Positions 34,637 to 45,713 are shown, numbered from the stretch's first letter. The stretch: 52,655 nucleotides of DNA from an uncultured Gammaproteobacteria bacterium (GCA_913041665.1 CAJWKT010000001.1:1-52655); one strand, 5' to 3'. Translations and numbers: made by a program. The notes: a model not told the origin generated them from the letters alone.

Positions 34637-35770
34637 ATGCACATTGGGTGCCCGAGCGAACTGCATCCCGGAGAAAATCGCGTCGCGATGACTCCGACCA
34701 ACGTAAAGAAATTAGTGCGAGCAGGCGCTGAAATCCTGGTCGAAGAAGGTTCAGGCGTCAATTCTGGATTTTCCGATCAGGAGTACAAAGACGTTGGTGC
34801 TCAGGTTTTAGTAGACCGCAATGAAATATTGTCACGGTCTGATGTCATCCTTCGGTTGCGCAAACCGGACATCGGGGAGATTGATCGGCTTAAGAAAGGC
34901 TGCATACACATCAGCTACCTTGACCCATTCAACGAACCGGAACTTATCGAAGCTTTTCGCAAACAAGAAATTACCGCAATAAGCATGGAGATGATTCCAA
35001 GGACAACACGTTCGCAGAAGATGGATGCACAGAGTTCTCAAGCAAATTTGGCTGGATATGTTGTGGTGCTTTTGGCTGCAGCCAAACTGCCCCGTATTTT
35101 TCCTATGATGATGACCCCGGCTGGGACTCTCAAACCCGCTAATGTGTTTGTAATTGGAGTTGGCGTGGCTGGGCTGCAGGCCATCGCGACAGCAAAGCGG
35201 CTCGGCGCCAAGGTGACCGGATTCGATACAAGGGCGGTTGTAGCTGAACAGGTGCAATCGCTCGGCGCCAAATTCCTAGAAATCGATCTAGGAGAAACTG
35301 GACAAACCAAAGATGGTTACGCTGTCCAGTTAACTGATCAGCAACTAGAGCTGCAAAAAGAAGGACAGAAGAAACAAATCTCCACGTCTGATGTGGTGAT
35401 AACCACCGCCCAGGTTTTTGGACGCAAGCCTCCGACATTGGTTACCCGAGATATGATCGATGGGATGCGAGCAGGGAGCGTGATAGTCGATATGGCTGCC
35501 GAAACTGGTGGAAATGTTGAGGGCTCGGTGCCTGGAGAAACGGTGGTCATTAATGGTGTGACAGTCATTGGCAACGGCAACTGGGCCAACGTAAGCGCCC
35601 ACGACGCTAGTCATATGTATTCATCTAACCTGTTCAATCTGGTCGATGAATTCTGGGATCCAGAAACCAATGCAGTAATCCTTAATTTTGAGGATGATAT
35701 TCTCCAAGGCTGCATCGTCACACATCAAGGCATGATCGTTAATGAAACCATAAAACGGTTAGATCGGTAA
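34637..35770 (+). CDS. pntAA: NAD(P) transhydrogenase subunit alpha, part 1
   Basis: Alanine-dehydrogenase/PNT N- and C-domains with the GVGVAGLQAIATAKRLGA NAD-binding motif. AGGAAGG lies 5 nt upstream of ATG 34637; the track ORF opens at 34604. Confidence 0.9.
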   Translation: MHIGCPSELHPGENRVAMTPTNVKKLVRAGAEILVEEGSGVNSGFSDQEYKDVGAQVLVDRNEILSRSDVILRLRKPDIGEIDRLKKGCIHISYLDPFNEPELIEAFRKQEITAISMEMIPRTTRSQKMDAQSSQANLAGYVVVLLAAAKLPRIFPMMMTPAGTLKPANVFVIGVGVAGLQAIATAKRLGAKVTGFDTRAVVAEQVQSLGAKFLEIDLGETGQTKDGYAVQLTDQQLELQKEGQKKQISTSDVVITTAQVFGRKPPTLVTRDMIDGMRAGSVIVDMAAETGGNVEGSVPGETVVINGVTVIGNGNWANVSAHDASHMYSSNLFNLVDEFWDPETNAVILNFEDDILQGCIVTHQGMIVNETIKRLDR

Positions 35771-35780
35771 GGAGGCAGAC

Positions 35781-36074
35781 TTGGAACCCGTTTATTTTAC
35801 CTTTATTTTGATGTTAGCCATCTTGTTAGGATTCGAGCTGATCAGCAAAGTACCAGCGACGTTGCATACTCCTTTGATGTCGGGATCGAACGCGATTTCC
35901 GGTATCACGTTGGTAGGAGCGGTGACGTCAGCTGGCGCCGGCTCGGACTTGATAGCTACAATCTTAGGCACCAGCGCAGTCATTTTTGCTGCGATTAATG
36001 TGGTTGGGGGTTACTTAGTTACTGATCGAATGCTCGGGATGTTTAAGAAGAAAGAAAGCGCGAACGACAAATGA
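35781..36074 (+). CDS. pntAB: NAD(P) transhydrogenase subunit alpha, part 2 (membrane)
   Basis: A 97-aa protein with three hydrophobic helices (HTPLMSGSNAISGITLVGA), placed between pntAA and pntB. TTG start; its stop overlaps the pntB start. Confidence 0.85.
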   Translation: MEPVYFTFILMLAILLGFELISKVPATLHTPLMSGSNAISGITLVGAVTSAGAGSDLIATILGTSAVIFAAINVVGGYLVTDRMLGMFKKKESANDK

Positions 36075-37438
36075 ACGGCTTAGCACTCATTAATCTAAGT
36101 TATGTTTTTGCGGCAGTACTTTTCATTTTAGGTTTGAAAATGCTGAGCTCGCCTGCGACGGCGCGGCGCGGGAATCTATTTTCTTCTCTTGGGATGCTGA
36201 TTGCCATTGTTGCAACATTGCTCGGAGAGGGCATTGTCGAATTCCAGTGGATTGCGTTGGGTTTTATAGTTGGAGGAATGGTTGGCGCTTTGGCAGCACG
36301 CCTTATAGCAATGACAGCCATGCCGGAGATGGTGGCATTGTTCAATGGTTTCGGTGGTCTCGCCAGTCTGTTGGTAGGGAGTTCAGCACTTTATCTAACG
36401 CCTGTTGAATCTGGTTTCACCCTTGCGACCATTGCCCTCGCAATTTTGATTGGTGGGCTAACTTTTACAGGAAGCGTAATAGCTTGGGGCAAGCTAAGCG
36501 AAATCATCAGTGGTAGGCCAGTGCTTTTCTCCGGTCAGCGGATTGTTAACGGACTCTTGCTGGTTGTTATAGTCGGGGCAACAGTTTTGTTTTGCCTGAA
36601 TCCAAGTAACGCGGACTATCTGTATGTCGTTATTGGTCTGTCTTTCTTACTCGGGGTTATGGTAGTCATACCGATTGGCGGTGCCGACATGCCAGTGGTC
36701 ATTTCATTGCTCAATAGCTATTCGGGTCTTGCCGCATGTGCGGCGGGTTTTGCTATTAACAATATTATCTTGATCGTCGCGGGCTCCCTAGTCGGTGCAA
36801 GCGGCATCATCCTTACCAACATAATGTGCAAGGCAATGAACCGCTCTCTAGGAAATGTCCTTTTCAGTGGCTTTGGTGCGGCTGCGGGCAGTGATACGAC
36901 CATCGAAGGTGAAGTGAAGGCAATGTCACCGGAAGACGCCTTTTATGTTTTGGAAGCGGCTTCAAGCGTGGTCATTGTGCCGGGATATGGTATGGCGGTT
37001 GCTCAGGCACAGCATGTGGTAAAGGAACTCCAGGAATTATTAGAAGCAAATGATGCGGAGGTGGTCTACGCTGTCCACCCTGTTGCTGGGCGAATGCCTG
37101 GTCACATGAATGTGCTTCTAGCGGAAGCCGATGTTCCTTATGAGTTGCTGCTAGAGATGGATGCAGTGAACCCGCGTATGGAAACCTTTGATGTGGCCAT
37201 TGTGCTTGGTGCCAATGATGTGGTTAATTCTGCGGCACGGGAGATTGAGGATAGTCCTATTTATGGCATGCCTATAATTAATGTTGATTATGCTCGTACT
37301 GTCTTTGTGTTGAAACGTTCAATGGCATCGGGTTTTGCTGGTGTAGATAATCCGCTCTTTTTCAAAGAAAACACTCGGATGATATTTGGGGACGGCAAAG
37401 AAACCATAAGCCAAATTATTAGAGAATTTTCTAACTGA
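36071..37438 (+). CDS. pntB: NAD(P) transhydrogenase subunit beta
   Basis: A multi-TM N-terminal half and a C-terminal NADP(H)-binding domain (VIVPGYGMAVAQAQH...HPVAGRMPGHMNVLLAEA...GANDVVN). Confidence 0.92.
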   Translation: MNGLALINLSYVFAAVLFILGLKMLSSPATARRGNLFSSLGMLIAIVATLLGEGIVEFQWIALGFIVGGMVGALAARLIAMTAMPEMVALFNGFGGLASLLVGSSALYLTPVESGFTLATIALAILIGGLTFTGSVIAWGKLSEIISGRPVLFSGQRIVNGLLLVVIVGATVLFCLNPSNADYLYVVIGLSFLLGVMVVIPIGGADMPVVISLLNSYSGLAACAAGFAINNIILIVAGSLVGASGIILTNIMCKAMNRSLGNVLFSGFGAAAGSDTTIEGEVKAMSPEDAFYVLEAASSVVIVPGYGMAVAQAQHVVKELQELLEANDAEVVYAVHPVAGRMPGHMNVLLAEADVPYELLLEMDAVNPRMETFDVAIVLGANDVVNSAAREIEDSPIYGMPIINVDYARTVFVLKRSMASGFAGVDNPLFFKENTRMIFGDGKETISQIIREFSN

Positions 37439-37582
37439 TTTTAAGTTTCCCCTGGATCCCCTCAGCGTTCTCTTTTTAGGGTTATCGCCACAAACTATTG
37501 AATCATTTTAACATCTTCGGTGATACTTATTTGCCTCAACTACGGACCGTGATAGAACGATTGATGCATCAACTTTAGATGT

Positions 37583-39259
37583 TCAAGTGGTAGGGGGTTG
37601 ATAAGGCCTGATGTGGCCTTCCTTCAGCCGCGCAATGTAGTCATGGTAAGCACGCAACGCCTGATGGCCAAATACCCAGATGATGGGTACATTAGCGAAT
37701 AACATAACGCCAGTGCCAATGCTGGTTACGTTATCAAGGTCTGCGTCTGATTCAATAAAACCCAAGGTGGCTACTATGATTAGCGCGCAATAAATTAGCC
37801 TGTATGCAAGTACCATACGCTCACCCAGAAGGTAGACAATTCCCTGCTCCCCGTAATAACTCCAAGATATCATCGTAGAAACTGCAAAGAGCCAAACTGC
37901 CAATGTAATTAACCATTTACCTAAACCAGGCACAACGGAATCAAAGGCTTTCGCAGTGAGAGTTGCCCCCACGTAGCTAGCATACAGGTTCGCATCAATA
38001 GGGCGAGGGACTGATTCGCTTTTAAAGCTTTCCCAATCGATTTGAAGTTCGCCGGCTATATCTACAAATTCTCCGCTGAGTCGATGTAGCTGATTTCCTG
38101 ATTGTGGATTAGGGTCGGCGCTCACAATTGTGAAAACGCGGTCACCACTTGTCCAGTTGCCTTCGACGCGTTGCGGTACCTCAGACGTATGGAGGGTCCA
38201 CTGCGACGTACCTGATTGAACGATTGACGGTATCTCCACGAAGCTTGCCTCAGGTGCACGGTTCCAAATTCCTGTAGATAGAATAACTAATGCCGTGAAA
38301 GTGCAAACGACGATCGTGTCGATGAATGGTTCGAGCCCTGCTACCAAGGCTTCCCTGATCGGTTCGCTTGTTTTCGCTGCTGAGTGCGCGATGGGCGACG
38401 ATCCCTGTCCCGCCTCGTTGGAAAATAAAGCCCGTTTCATTCCAAATAGGAAAGCATAGCCTGCGGTACCGCCAATGAAGGCGCCGGTCATTTGCTGAGG
38501 AAAAAAGGCGGACTTGAAAATAAGAATAATCATACTGGGAATAGCTGATGCATGAACAATTAATATATAAGCGCCAGCTATCATGTACAAAGCGACCATG
38601 AAGGGCACTAGCCGACCTGCCACTGCACCAATCCTTTTGATTCCTCCGATGATGACCATTCCAACTAGCAATGCGAGCACAATTCCTGCTAACACACTGG
38701 GAATTCCAAAATATTCTTCAGTGATTGTGCCAACGTTCCAGGCTTGGAACATATTTCCGCCAGTTACCGCGGATACCAGTAATGTCAGGCAGAAGATAGC
38801 TCCGATACATTTGCCCAGGGGAGCTAACCTGGGATGCATATTTGCAAGTCCTTTGCTCACTACCCACATCGGACCACCATGTGGATTTTGCGGATCATCA
38901 GTGTTGCGGTACAGCATGGAAAGGCCCACTTCCGTAAGTTTGATAGCCATTCCAAAGAAGCCGACAACCCACATCCAGAAGATGGCCCCTGGCCCACCTA
39001 ATGAGATGGCGAGCGCTACGCCACCAATGTTGCCTAGCCCTACTGTGGCAGAGAGCGCAGCAGACAGGGCCTGAAAGTGGCTAATTGCCCCGGGATCTTT
39101 GGCATTATCATAGGTACCGCGCAAGATGCGTACACCATGTGTTAGTGCTCGGTATTGGCAAAATCTGCTCTTGATGGTAAGTACAATCCCCGTTACTAGC
39201 AGTAAACCAAGCACACTGTTGTGCCACAGAATTTGATTGATAAAGATAAAGGCTTCCAT
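37583..39259 (-). CDS. Alanine/glycine:cation symporter (AGCS) family transporter with a ~95-aa extra hydrophilic insert
   Basis: ALSATVGLGNIGGVA, FSNEAGQGSSPIAHSAAKT and STMISWSYYGEQ are AGCS signatures. At 558 aa it is longer than the ~470 aa I recall for E. coli YaaJ and B. subtilis AlsT. The extra segment is at about residues 334-428. Confidence 0.85.
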   Translation of the reverse strand: MEAFIFINQILWHNSVLGLLLVTGIVLTIKSRFCQYRALTHGVRILRGTYDNAKDPGAISHFQALSAALSATVGLGNIGGVALAISLGGPGAIFWMWVVGFFGMAIKLTEVGLSMLYRNTDDPQNPHGGPMWVVSKGLANMHPRLAPLGKCIGAIFCLTLLVSAVTGGNMFQAWNVGTITEEYFGIPSVLAGIVLALLVGMVIIGGIKRIGAVAGRLVPFMVALYMIAGAYILIVHASAIPSMIILIFKSAFFPQQMTGAFIGGTAGYAFLFGMKRALFSNEAGQGSSPIAHSAAKTSEPIREALVAGLEPFIDTIVVCTFTALVILSTGIWNRAPEASFVEIPSIVQSGTSQWTLHTSEVPQRVEGNWTSGDRVFTIVSADPNPQSGNQLHRLSGEFVDIAGELQIDWESFKSESVPRPIDANLYASYVGATLTAKAFDSVVPGLGKWLITLAVWLFAVSTMISWSYYGEQGIVYLLGERMVLAYRLIYCALIIVATLGFIESDADLDNVTSIGTGVMLFANVPIIWVFGHQALRAYHDYIARLKEGHIRPYQPPTT

Positions 39260-39277
39260 TATTTATTCCGATGCAAC

Positions 39278-40561
39278 TTATGGGCTTTCCAGTATTGCCG
39301 TTACCCCCATGCCGCCGGCGGTGCATACTGAGGCAAGTCCACGTCCGGTTCGGGTCTGGTGCAAAAGTTTCGCTAGGCTAGACACAATTCGGGTTCCGGT
39401 CGCAGCAAAGGGATGTCCAATGGCAACACTCCCCCCTTTTGTATTTAATTTTTTTAAATCGATCGACCCGAGCGCATGCTCTCTTCCTAAAGAGTTACGG
39501 CAAAATTCCTCGGATTCCCAGGCTTTTAAACAGGCGAGTGTCTGTGCTGCGAAGGCCTCATGGATTTCGTAGAAATCAAAGTCCTGCAGGCTAAGCTCCG
39601 CGTCTTTTAGCATATCGGATACTGCATAGGCGGGAGCCATGAGCAACCCTTCTTTATTAACGAAATCTACCGCACTTACTTTCGCGTAAGTGAGGAAGGC
39701 GAGGACAGGCAGACCTCTCTGTCTAGCCCACTTTTCTGAAGCTAGCAGTACCGCAGACGCGCCGTCTGTGAGTGGCGTACTGTTGCCAGCAGTCATTGTT
39801 CCTGCCTTTGTTCGGTCGAAAACAGGTTTAAGTTTTGCTAATTGTTCAGGATTTGTGTCCGGCCGGATATTGTTGTCCCGAGTGATACCTTGGTACTCCA
39901 CCACGAGGTCATCATAAAAACCCTCTTCGTAGGCTCTACTTGCATTTAGGTGGCTTGCAAGTGCTAGCTCGTCCTGATTTTCTCTAGAAATTTTCCACTG
40001 TTTTGCTGTGAGCTCCATGCTTTCACCCATGGATAGTTTGGTTCGGGGCTCAACGACGTTGGGGAACTGGGGTTTAAAATGTCGAGGCCGTAATTTAAGC
40101 CAAGGCATAATTTTTTGTGTAAGGGAGCGTCCCGATGCGCTCTCAAGAAGGAGCGCGCGATATGCATCTGGATAGACTATGGGGATATCGCTTACGGTAT
40201 CGCTCCCGCCAGCGATTCCTACCTCCATTAGACCAGTTGAGATTTTACTCGCTATTAAAATGGTCGCTGAGAGACTTGTGCCACAGGCGCGTTGCAGGTC
40301 AAAGGCCGGGGTCTCCGCTGCAAGCCCAGAGGACAATACGCTCTCACGTGCGAAATTCCAGTCTCGGGAATGCTTGATGACCGCACCTAGGGAAACGTCA
40401 TCAAGTTTTGAGCCCTTCAAATCGAAGTTATTGACTAGGGTCCGGAGTACCGCACTCATCATGTCTAGGTTGGAACAAGAGCTGTATTTGGTATAAGACC
40501 GACAAAAGGGAATCCGGGTTCCGCCTAAAATCGCTACGCGTCTTGCTGGTTGGTTACGCAT
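39278..40561 (-). CDS. Acetyl-CoA C-acyltransferase (thiolase), FadI-like
   Basis: RVAILGGTRIPFCRS, active-site RACGTS, NSTPLTDGASAV, EIHEAFAAQ, GGSVAIGHPFAATG and CTAGGMG. I prefer ATG 40561, with AAGGAG upstream; the track ORF extends to 40720. The stop lies 18 nt before the AGCS start. Confidence 0.85.
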   Translation of the reverse strand: MRNQPARRVAILGGTRIPFCRSYTKYSSCSNLDMMSAVLRTLVNNFDLKGSKLDDVSLGAVIKHSRDWNFARESVLSSGLAAETPAFDLQRACGTSLSATILIASKISTGLMEVGIAGGSDTVSDIPIVYPDAYRALLLESASGRSLTQKIMPWLKLRPRHFKPQFPNVVEPRTKLSMGESMELTAKQWKISRENQDELALASHLNASRAYEEGFYDDLVVEYQGITRDNNIRPDTNPEQLAKLKPVFDRTKAGTMTAGNSTPLTDGASAVLLASEKWARQRGLPVLAFLTYAKVSAVDFVNKEGLLMAPAYAVSDMLKDAELSLQDFDFYEIHEAFAAQTLACLKAWESEEFCRNSLGREHALGSIDLKKLNTKGGSVAIGHPFAATGTRIVSSLAKLLHQTRTGRGLASVCTAGGMGVTAILESP

Positions 40562-40819
40562 ACCATTCTTCTCCTTTGTCGAAAGCCCCTCGTATGAAAA
40601 GCTGATCGTTTTGCTATTTAACACCTTTCCGCCACGATATCGTACCGTGGAAGAGCACAAAAACGGATCTTGGAATGTATTCTGTTGCACACAGGCTGAG
40701 CAAGCAAAGCTTACAATCAAAACGAGTCTCGGATGTTAGGTACAATGGCCGACAGGGTTTTGAATAGATAAATATATGATTAATAAAGATAATCTGCTAT
40801 CATATGGGAGAAAAGATAG

Positions 40820-40849
40820 TTGACGTGGGCTTCTATCCCTTCTTATAGT
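40820..40849 (+). promoter_or_regulatory. Sigma-70-like promoter candidate facing gltB
   Basis: TTGACG (40820..40825), an 18-nt spacer, then TATAGT (40844..40849). It sits about 240 nt upstream of the gltB ATG in a 368-bp intergenic region. Confidence 0.4.
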
Positions 40850-40966
40850 GGCCCTATAAAATAGCAAAATAAAGTCCGGCGGTCATCCAGCCGCTGATGG
40901 GCGAGCCGGGCCCTGCTTAGATTCGGCAACACAGCCGTTAAAACTGTTAGGGTATATTCGGGAGGA

Positions 40967-40988
40967 GCGAAGCATTGAGATGCTTCGC
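40967..40988 (+). other. Perfect 9-bp stem / 4-nt loop hairpin in the gltB leader
   Basis: gcgaagcat-tgag-atgcttcgc, read directly. It is not followed immediately by a T tract, so it is not a canonical terminator. Confidence 0.5.
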
Positions 40989-41001
40989 CAAAGGGGGTGT
41001 T

Positions 41002-41067
41002 ATGATTTTTTATCAAGAACAATTTTATAAGTTGTCTTTTTCTTGGTTACATTTTTTCCGAATTGAG
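41002..41067 (+). CDS. Candidate 21-codon upstream ORF (MIFYQEQFYKLSFFLVTFFPN) preceding gltB
   Basis: AAGGGGG lies 4-5 nt upstream of ATG 41002 and the TGA stop is at 41065..41067, 21 nt before the gltB ATG. The first 9 nt are identical to the gltB start (ATGATTTTT). This could be a chance ORF in T-rich DNA. Confidence 0.25.
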
Positions 41068-41088
41068 TTGGTTTAGCGTGGTAACGCA

Positions 41089-44000
41089 ATGATTTTTCCC
41101 GGTTACCAAGGCCTGCCGCCAGCACATGGTTTGTATCGCCCAGATCAGGAGCGAGACAGTTGTGGTGTCGGGTTTGTGGCAAATATAAAGGGCGAGCGTT
41201 CCCATCAGATCGTTCGTGATGCAGATAGTTTGCTCGGTCGAATGGATCATCGTGGCGCGCGCGGGTCTGAAATGCACACCGGTGATGGGGCAGGTATTTT
41301 GACGGCGCTCCCCCACGAGTTTCTTGCCAGAGTAGTTGAGGATGATTTGGGTAAATCGCTTCCGGAGCCTGGAAAGTTTGGCGCTGGCATCGTCTTTTTG
41401 CCTACGGATGATAGTCAACGTGACAGGTGTAAGCGCGCCGTGAAAACAATATGCGCAGAAGAGGGTCAGAAGCTGGTGGGATGGCGACTCGTGCCAACAG
41501 AGGCTGAGTTAGCGGGCCTAGGGCCTACTGCCCGCGATGCAGCACCCCACATTGAGCAAGTTTTCATTGAAGCTAGTGAGGGCTTAGAGGGAGAAGTCTT
41601 TGAGCGAAAACTCTATCTGATACGTAAGCGCGCAACGCGACTCTTGCGAAACGATGAGCAAATGGATCAAGCAAATCTATTCTATGTATGTAGCCTGTCC
41701 ACCAAGGTGATGATTTATAAAGGCATGCTGACATGTGGCCAGTTAATGACTTTTTTTCCTGATCTGACGGCGGAGGATTATAAGACGCATTTGGCAATGG
41801 TTCATTCGCGTTTCTCTACCAATACCTTTCCTAGCTGGGATCGTGCACAGCCTAACCGGTTCATGTGTCACAACGGTGAAATCAACACCTTACGAGGAAA
41901 TATCAATTGGATGAGGGCTAGGGAAGGCGTTGTCGAGAGCAATTTGTTTGGAGAGTCAATACAAGGACTTTTCCCCGTTGTTGAGCCGGATTGTTCTGAT
42001 TCGGGAAACTTTGACAATGTTCTAGAGTTTCTCCTGATGACGGGAAGAACGCTCCAGGAGTCGGTCATGATGATGATTCCTGAAGCGTGGCAGAAAAATG
42101 AGCTCATGGATGCTCAGAAACGAGCCTTCTATGAATTTCATTCCTGTGTTTTGGAGCCATGGGATGGCCCAGCGTCAATTGCCTTCACGGACGGGCATTA
42201 CATTGGTGCGGTGCTGGATCGTAATGGGTTGCGACCCAGTCGCTACTACCTCACCCATGATGATCGGGTGATTATGGCTAGTGAGGTAGGTGTGCTTGCC
42301 GTTGAACCCACGATGGTGAAGGCGAAAGGACGACTCGAGCCAGGGAAAATGTTTCTCGTGGACTTCGAGCAAGGCAGACTTGTGCCGGATGGGGAGCTAA
42401 AGGAAGAATTCGCCAGTCGGTTAAATTATGCCAAATGGCTGAAGTTGCAGAGAATCACACTCAAAGACGTAAAAGCTCCCAAAAATGTTCCGCACTTGGA
42501 CGAAGAGACGCTGCTCGCTCGGATGAGATCTTTTGGTTATACCGTTGAGACTATGCAATTCATGCTGCGCCCGCTCATCAAGGAGCTGCGGGATCCGGTC
42601 GGTTCGATGGGCAATGACTCGGCCTTAGCATGCCTGAGTGATGAGCCGCGGATGCTCTACGATTACTTTAAGCAGTTGTTCGCACAAGTTACAAATCCGC
42701 CGATCGATTCTATTCGGGAAGAAATCATTATGTCGCTCGAATGCTACATTGGCCCGGAGAAAAATCTGCTTGATACCACTGAGCAACATTGCCATCGTTT
42801 GCGTTTACGGCATCCGATTCTCACAAATGATGAAATGGAAAAAATCAAATGCTTAGACCATCGTGGGTGGCGTTCGAAAACAATTGATATTACGTTTGAT
42901 AGGAGCAAAGTTCCCGGTGCACTGGTGGGCACCTTGGGTAGCATTTGTACGCAGGCGGAACAGGCAATTGACGATGGCTACAGCATCATAGTGCTATCCG
43001 ATCGGGGGATTAATGAAGATAGCGTGCCGGTGAGTGCCCTCGCGGCTTGTGGCGCCGTGCACCATCACCTAGTGAAATGTGCCAAGCGCACGAGAATTGG
43101 AATCGTCGTGGAGACTGGCGAGGCTAGGGAGGTGCATCACCATTGTCTATTGGTGGGTTATGGGGCGGATGCAATTAACCCCTACTTGGCTTTTGAGGCG
43201 TTGTGGAAAACGAGGAGGGACGGTTTATTGGATCCAAAAGCCCATGCTGATGATGCGAGTGTTGTCAGGTCTTACCGGAAAGGTGTAGCCAAAGGTATGC
43301 TGAAGGTGATGGCAAAAATGGGCATTTCTACACTTCAGTCTTATAAGGGGGCACAAATTTTTGAATCGGTTGGGCTTGCCGATGAGGTTATAGATCGATG
43401 CTTTGTAGGTACAGCTAGCCGTTTGCAGGGTGTGCATTTTGACGTCTTAGAGGAAGAGCTACTAAGGAGACATGCATTGGGGTACTCAGGAGTCTTAGAC
43501 GATTCTTTGTCTGAGAACTTGCCTAATCCAGGAGAGTTCCACTGGCGTAGTGCCGGTGAGCGCCATGCATGGGACCCTACGGTGATCTCCAATCTACAGT
43601 TAGCTGCGCGAACCAAAGGGAATGCCGCTTACGAGCAATTCGCCGACCACGCTAATGATCATGCAAGGGCGAATTGCACCTTGAGGGGTTTGTTGTGCTT
43701 TAAATCAAGTACCGCTGATGCCATTCCTCTTAAGAAGGTGGAGCCAGCCAGTGAGATTGTTAAAAGATTTTGCACGGGCGCAATGAGTTTTGGATCCATT
43801 TCGGCGGAGGCTCACGAGACGCTTGCCGTGGCAATGAATCGTGTGGGGGGCAGAAGTAACACGGGGGAAGGAGGAGAGGACCCAGACCGTTTTGTACCTT
43901 ATCCTTCAGGAGATTCAAGGCGTTCGGCCATTAAACAAGTAGCTTCTGGTCGTTTTGGCGTGACGATTTGGTATTTAACCAATGCTGATGAGTTGCAGAT

Positions 44001-45702
44001 CAAAATGGCACAGGGTGCAAAGCCTGGCGAGGGAGGTGAACTCCCCGGTCGTAAGGTAGATGAGATTATTGCGCGAATTCGCTACTCAACGCCGGGAGTG
44101 GGCCTGATCAGTCCACCTCCCCATCACGATATTTATTCCATAGAAGATTTAGCCCAGTTAATCTATGATTTAAAGAATTCAAATCCGTCAGCGAGGGTTA
44201 GCGTCAAGCTGGTTTCGGAGGTGGGTGTTGGTACGGTCGCAGCGGGCGTTGTTAAGGCTCATGCAGATCACATTTTGATTTCTGGTGATTCAGGAGGTAC
44301 GGGCGCCTCACCGCTAACCAGTATCAAGCATGCTGGGTTGCCATGGGAGCTCGGAATTGCAGAGACTCATCAAACGTTGGTGCTGAACGATCTTCGTAGT
44401 CGCGTTGTTTTGCAGACTGATGGCGGACTGAAAACGGGACGAGACGTTGTAATTGCCGCTCTTTTAGGCGCAGAGGAAATGGGTTTCTCAACGGCGCCTT
44501 TGATCGCTATGGGTTGCATTATGATGCGCAAATGTCACTTAAACACTTGCCCCGTGGGTATTGCCACTCAGAATCCAGTGTTACGAAAAAAATTCTCGGG
44601 TCAGGCTGACCACGTCGTTAACTATCTCTTTATGGTTGCCGAAGAAACCCGTTCTCTTATGGCAAAACTCGGATTTCGCCGAATGGATGACATGATCGGA
44701 CGAGTGGATGTACTAGAAACACGCGATGCCATCGATCACTGGAAAACTGATGGACTTGATCTAACGCCGATTCTTACGCCGGCTGTGAAGCTCCACAAGG
44801 GGGTTGAGGTTCGCTGTACCACTGTTCAGGATCATGGGCTTGAGCACGCTCTCGACAACAAGTTGATCGAGCTTTCCCGAGATGCAATTGATCATGGAAA
44901 AGAAGTCGAGATTGACTTGCCCATTCTGAATATCAATCGAACAGTCGGTACGATGCTCAGCCACGAAGTTGTTAAGGTCTGGGGTGAGCGAGGTTTGCCT
45001 GTTAACACAATTCGCATCAAGCTTGCTGGATCAGCTGGCCAAAGCTTTGGGGCTTTTCTGTCTAGAGGTATCACGCTCGAGCTCGAAGGCGATAGCAACG
45101 ATTACGTGGGCAAAGGATTGTCAGGTGGACGGTTAATTATTTATCCACCCAAGGAAAGTACATTTGTTCCCGAGGACAACGTTTTAATAGGTAATGTGGC
45201 GCTCTACGGAGCAACCAGTGGCAGGGCATTTTTCCGGGGCCGGGCGGCAGAGCGTTTTTGTGTTCGCAACAGTGGCGCGCGCGCTGTAATTGAGGGCGTG
45301 GGAGATCACGCTTGTGAGTATATGACTGGTGGCCGCGCTGTCATTCTGGGCCCTACAGGATTAAATTTTGCGGCTGGTATGTCCGGGGGTGTTGCATATG
45401 TGTGGGATACACAAGGTCTTTTTCAGACAAAATGTAATATGGGAACTGTGGACATTGATGCGGTAGAAGATGATGAAGACATATCAGAATTGCGCGAGAT
45501 GATTGAATTGCACAAACGGTACACGGATTCTCAGGTAGCTCAAAATATTCTGGATGAATGGCCGCAGATCCTTTCACAGTTTAGAAAGGTTATGCCAACA
45601 GATTACAAGCGGGTACTGGCCGAACGTAGGAAGCATGATGAGGAGATGGAGTCTAGATTGCATGAGGACGATACGGGTACTTTAGCAGGAGCCGGCCGCT
45701 GA
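41089..45702 (+). CDS. gltB: Glutamate synthase large subunit
   Basis: 1537 aa. N-terminal Ntn amidotransferase Cys ([11 protein letters not shown]), the central domain, the FMN domain (...GEGGEDP..., [16 protein letters not shown]) and a C-terminal GXGXG domain. There is an in-frame stop 12 nt upstream of ATG 41089. Confidence 0.95.
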   Translation: MIFPGYQGLPPAHGLYRPDQERDSCGVGFVANIKGERSHQIVRDADSLLGRMDHRGARGSEMHTGDGAGILTALPHEFLARVVEDDLGKSLPEPGKFGAGIVFLPTDDSQRDRCKRAVKTICAEEGQKLVGWRLVPTEAELAGLGPTARDAAPHIEQVFIEASEGLEGEVFERKLYLIRKRATRLLRNDEQMDQANLFYVCSLSTKVMIYKGMLTCGQLMTFFPDLTAEDYKTHLAMVHSRFSTNTFPSWDRAQPNRFMCHNGEINTLRGNINWMRAREGVVESNLFGESIQGLFPVVEPDCSDSGNFDNVLEFLLMTGRTLQESVMMMIPEAWQKNELMDAQKRAFYEFHSCVLEPWDGPASIAFTDGHYIGAVLDRNGLRPSRYYLTHDDRVIMASEVGVLAVEPTMVKAKGRLEPGKMFLVDFEQGRLVPDGELKEEFASRLNYAKWLKLQRITLKDVKAPKNVPHLDEETLLARMRSFGYTVETMQFMLRPLIKELRDPVGSMGNDSALACLSDEPRMLYDYFKQLFAQVTNPPIDSIREEIIMSLECYIGPEKNLLDTTEQHCHRLRLRHPILTNDEMEKIKCLDHRGWRSKTIDITFDRSKVPGALVGTLGSICTQAEQAIDDGYSIIVLSDRGINEDSVPVSALAACGAVHHHLVKCAKRTRIGIVVETGEAREVHHHCLLVGYGADAINPYLAFEALWKTRRDGLLDPKAHADDASVVRSYRKGVAKGMLKVMAKMGISTLQSYKGAQIFESVGLADEVIDRCFVGTASRLQGVHFDVLEEELLRRHALGYSGVLDDSLSENLPNPGEFHWRSAGERHAWDPTVISNLQLAARTKGNAAYEQFADHANDHARANCTLRGLLCFKSSTADAIPLKKVEPASEIVKRFCTGAMSFGSISAEAHETLAVAMNRVGGRSNTGEGGEDPDRFVPYPSGDSRRSAIKQVASGRFGVTIWYLTNADELQIKMAQGAKPGEGGELPGRKVDEIIARIRYSTPGVGLISPPPHHDIYSIEDLAQLIYDLKNSNPSARVSVKLVSEVGVGTVAAGVVKAHADHILISGDSGGTGASPLTSIKHAGLPWELGIAETHQTLVLNDLRSRVVLQTDGGLKTGRDVVIAALLGAEEMGFSTAPLIAMGCIMMRKCHLNTCPVGIATQNPVLRKKFSGQADHVVNYLFMVAEETRSLMAKLGFRRMDDMIGRVDVLETRDAIDHWKTDGLDLTPILTPAVKLHKGVEVRCTTVQDHGLEHALDNKLIELSRDAIDHGKEVEIDLPILNINRTVGTMLSHEVVKVWGERGLPVNTIRIKLAGSAGQSFGAFLSRGITLELEGDSNDYVGKGLSGGRLIIYPPKESTFVPEDNVLIGNVALYGATSGRAFFRGRAAERFCVRNSGARAVIEGVGDHACEYMTGGRAVILGPTGLNFAAGMSGGVAYVWDTQGLFQTKCNMGTVDIDAVEDDEDISELREMIELHKRYTDSQVAQNILDEWPQILSQFRKVMPTDYKRVLAERRKHDEEMESRLHEDDTGTLAGAGR

Positions 45703-45713
45703 GGCGCAGAATC

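Noticed and set aside
41040-41060. A sigma-54 (-24/-12) promoter in front of gltB (TGGTTACATTTTTTCC).
   Set aside because: The GG is present, but there is no GC dinucleotide at the required 10-nt spacing, so it does not fit TGGCAC-N5-TTGC.
41047-41418. A 123-aa minus-strand ORF spanning the gltB start.
   Set aside because: It is antisense to the conserved gltB N-terminal amidotransferase coding region and the T-rich leader, with no motifs.
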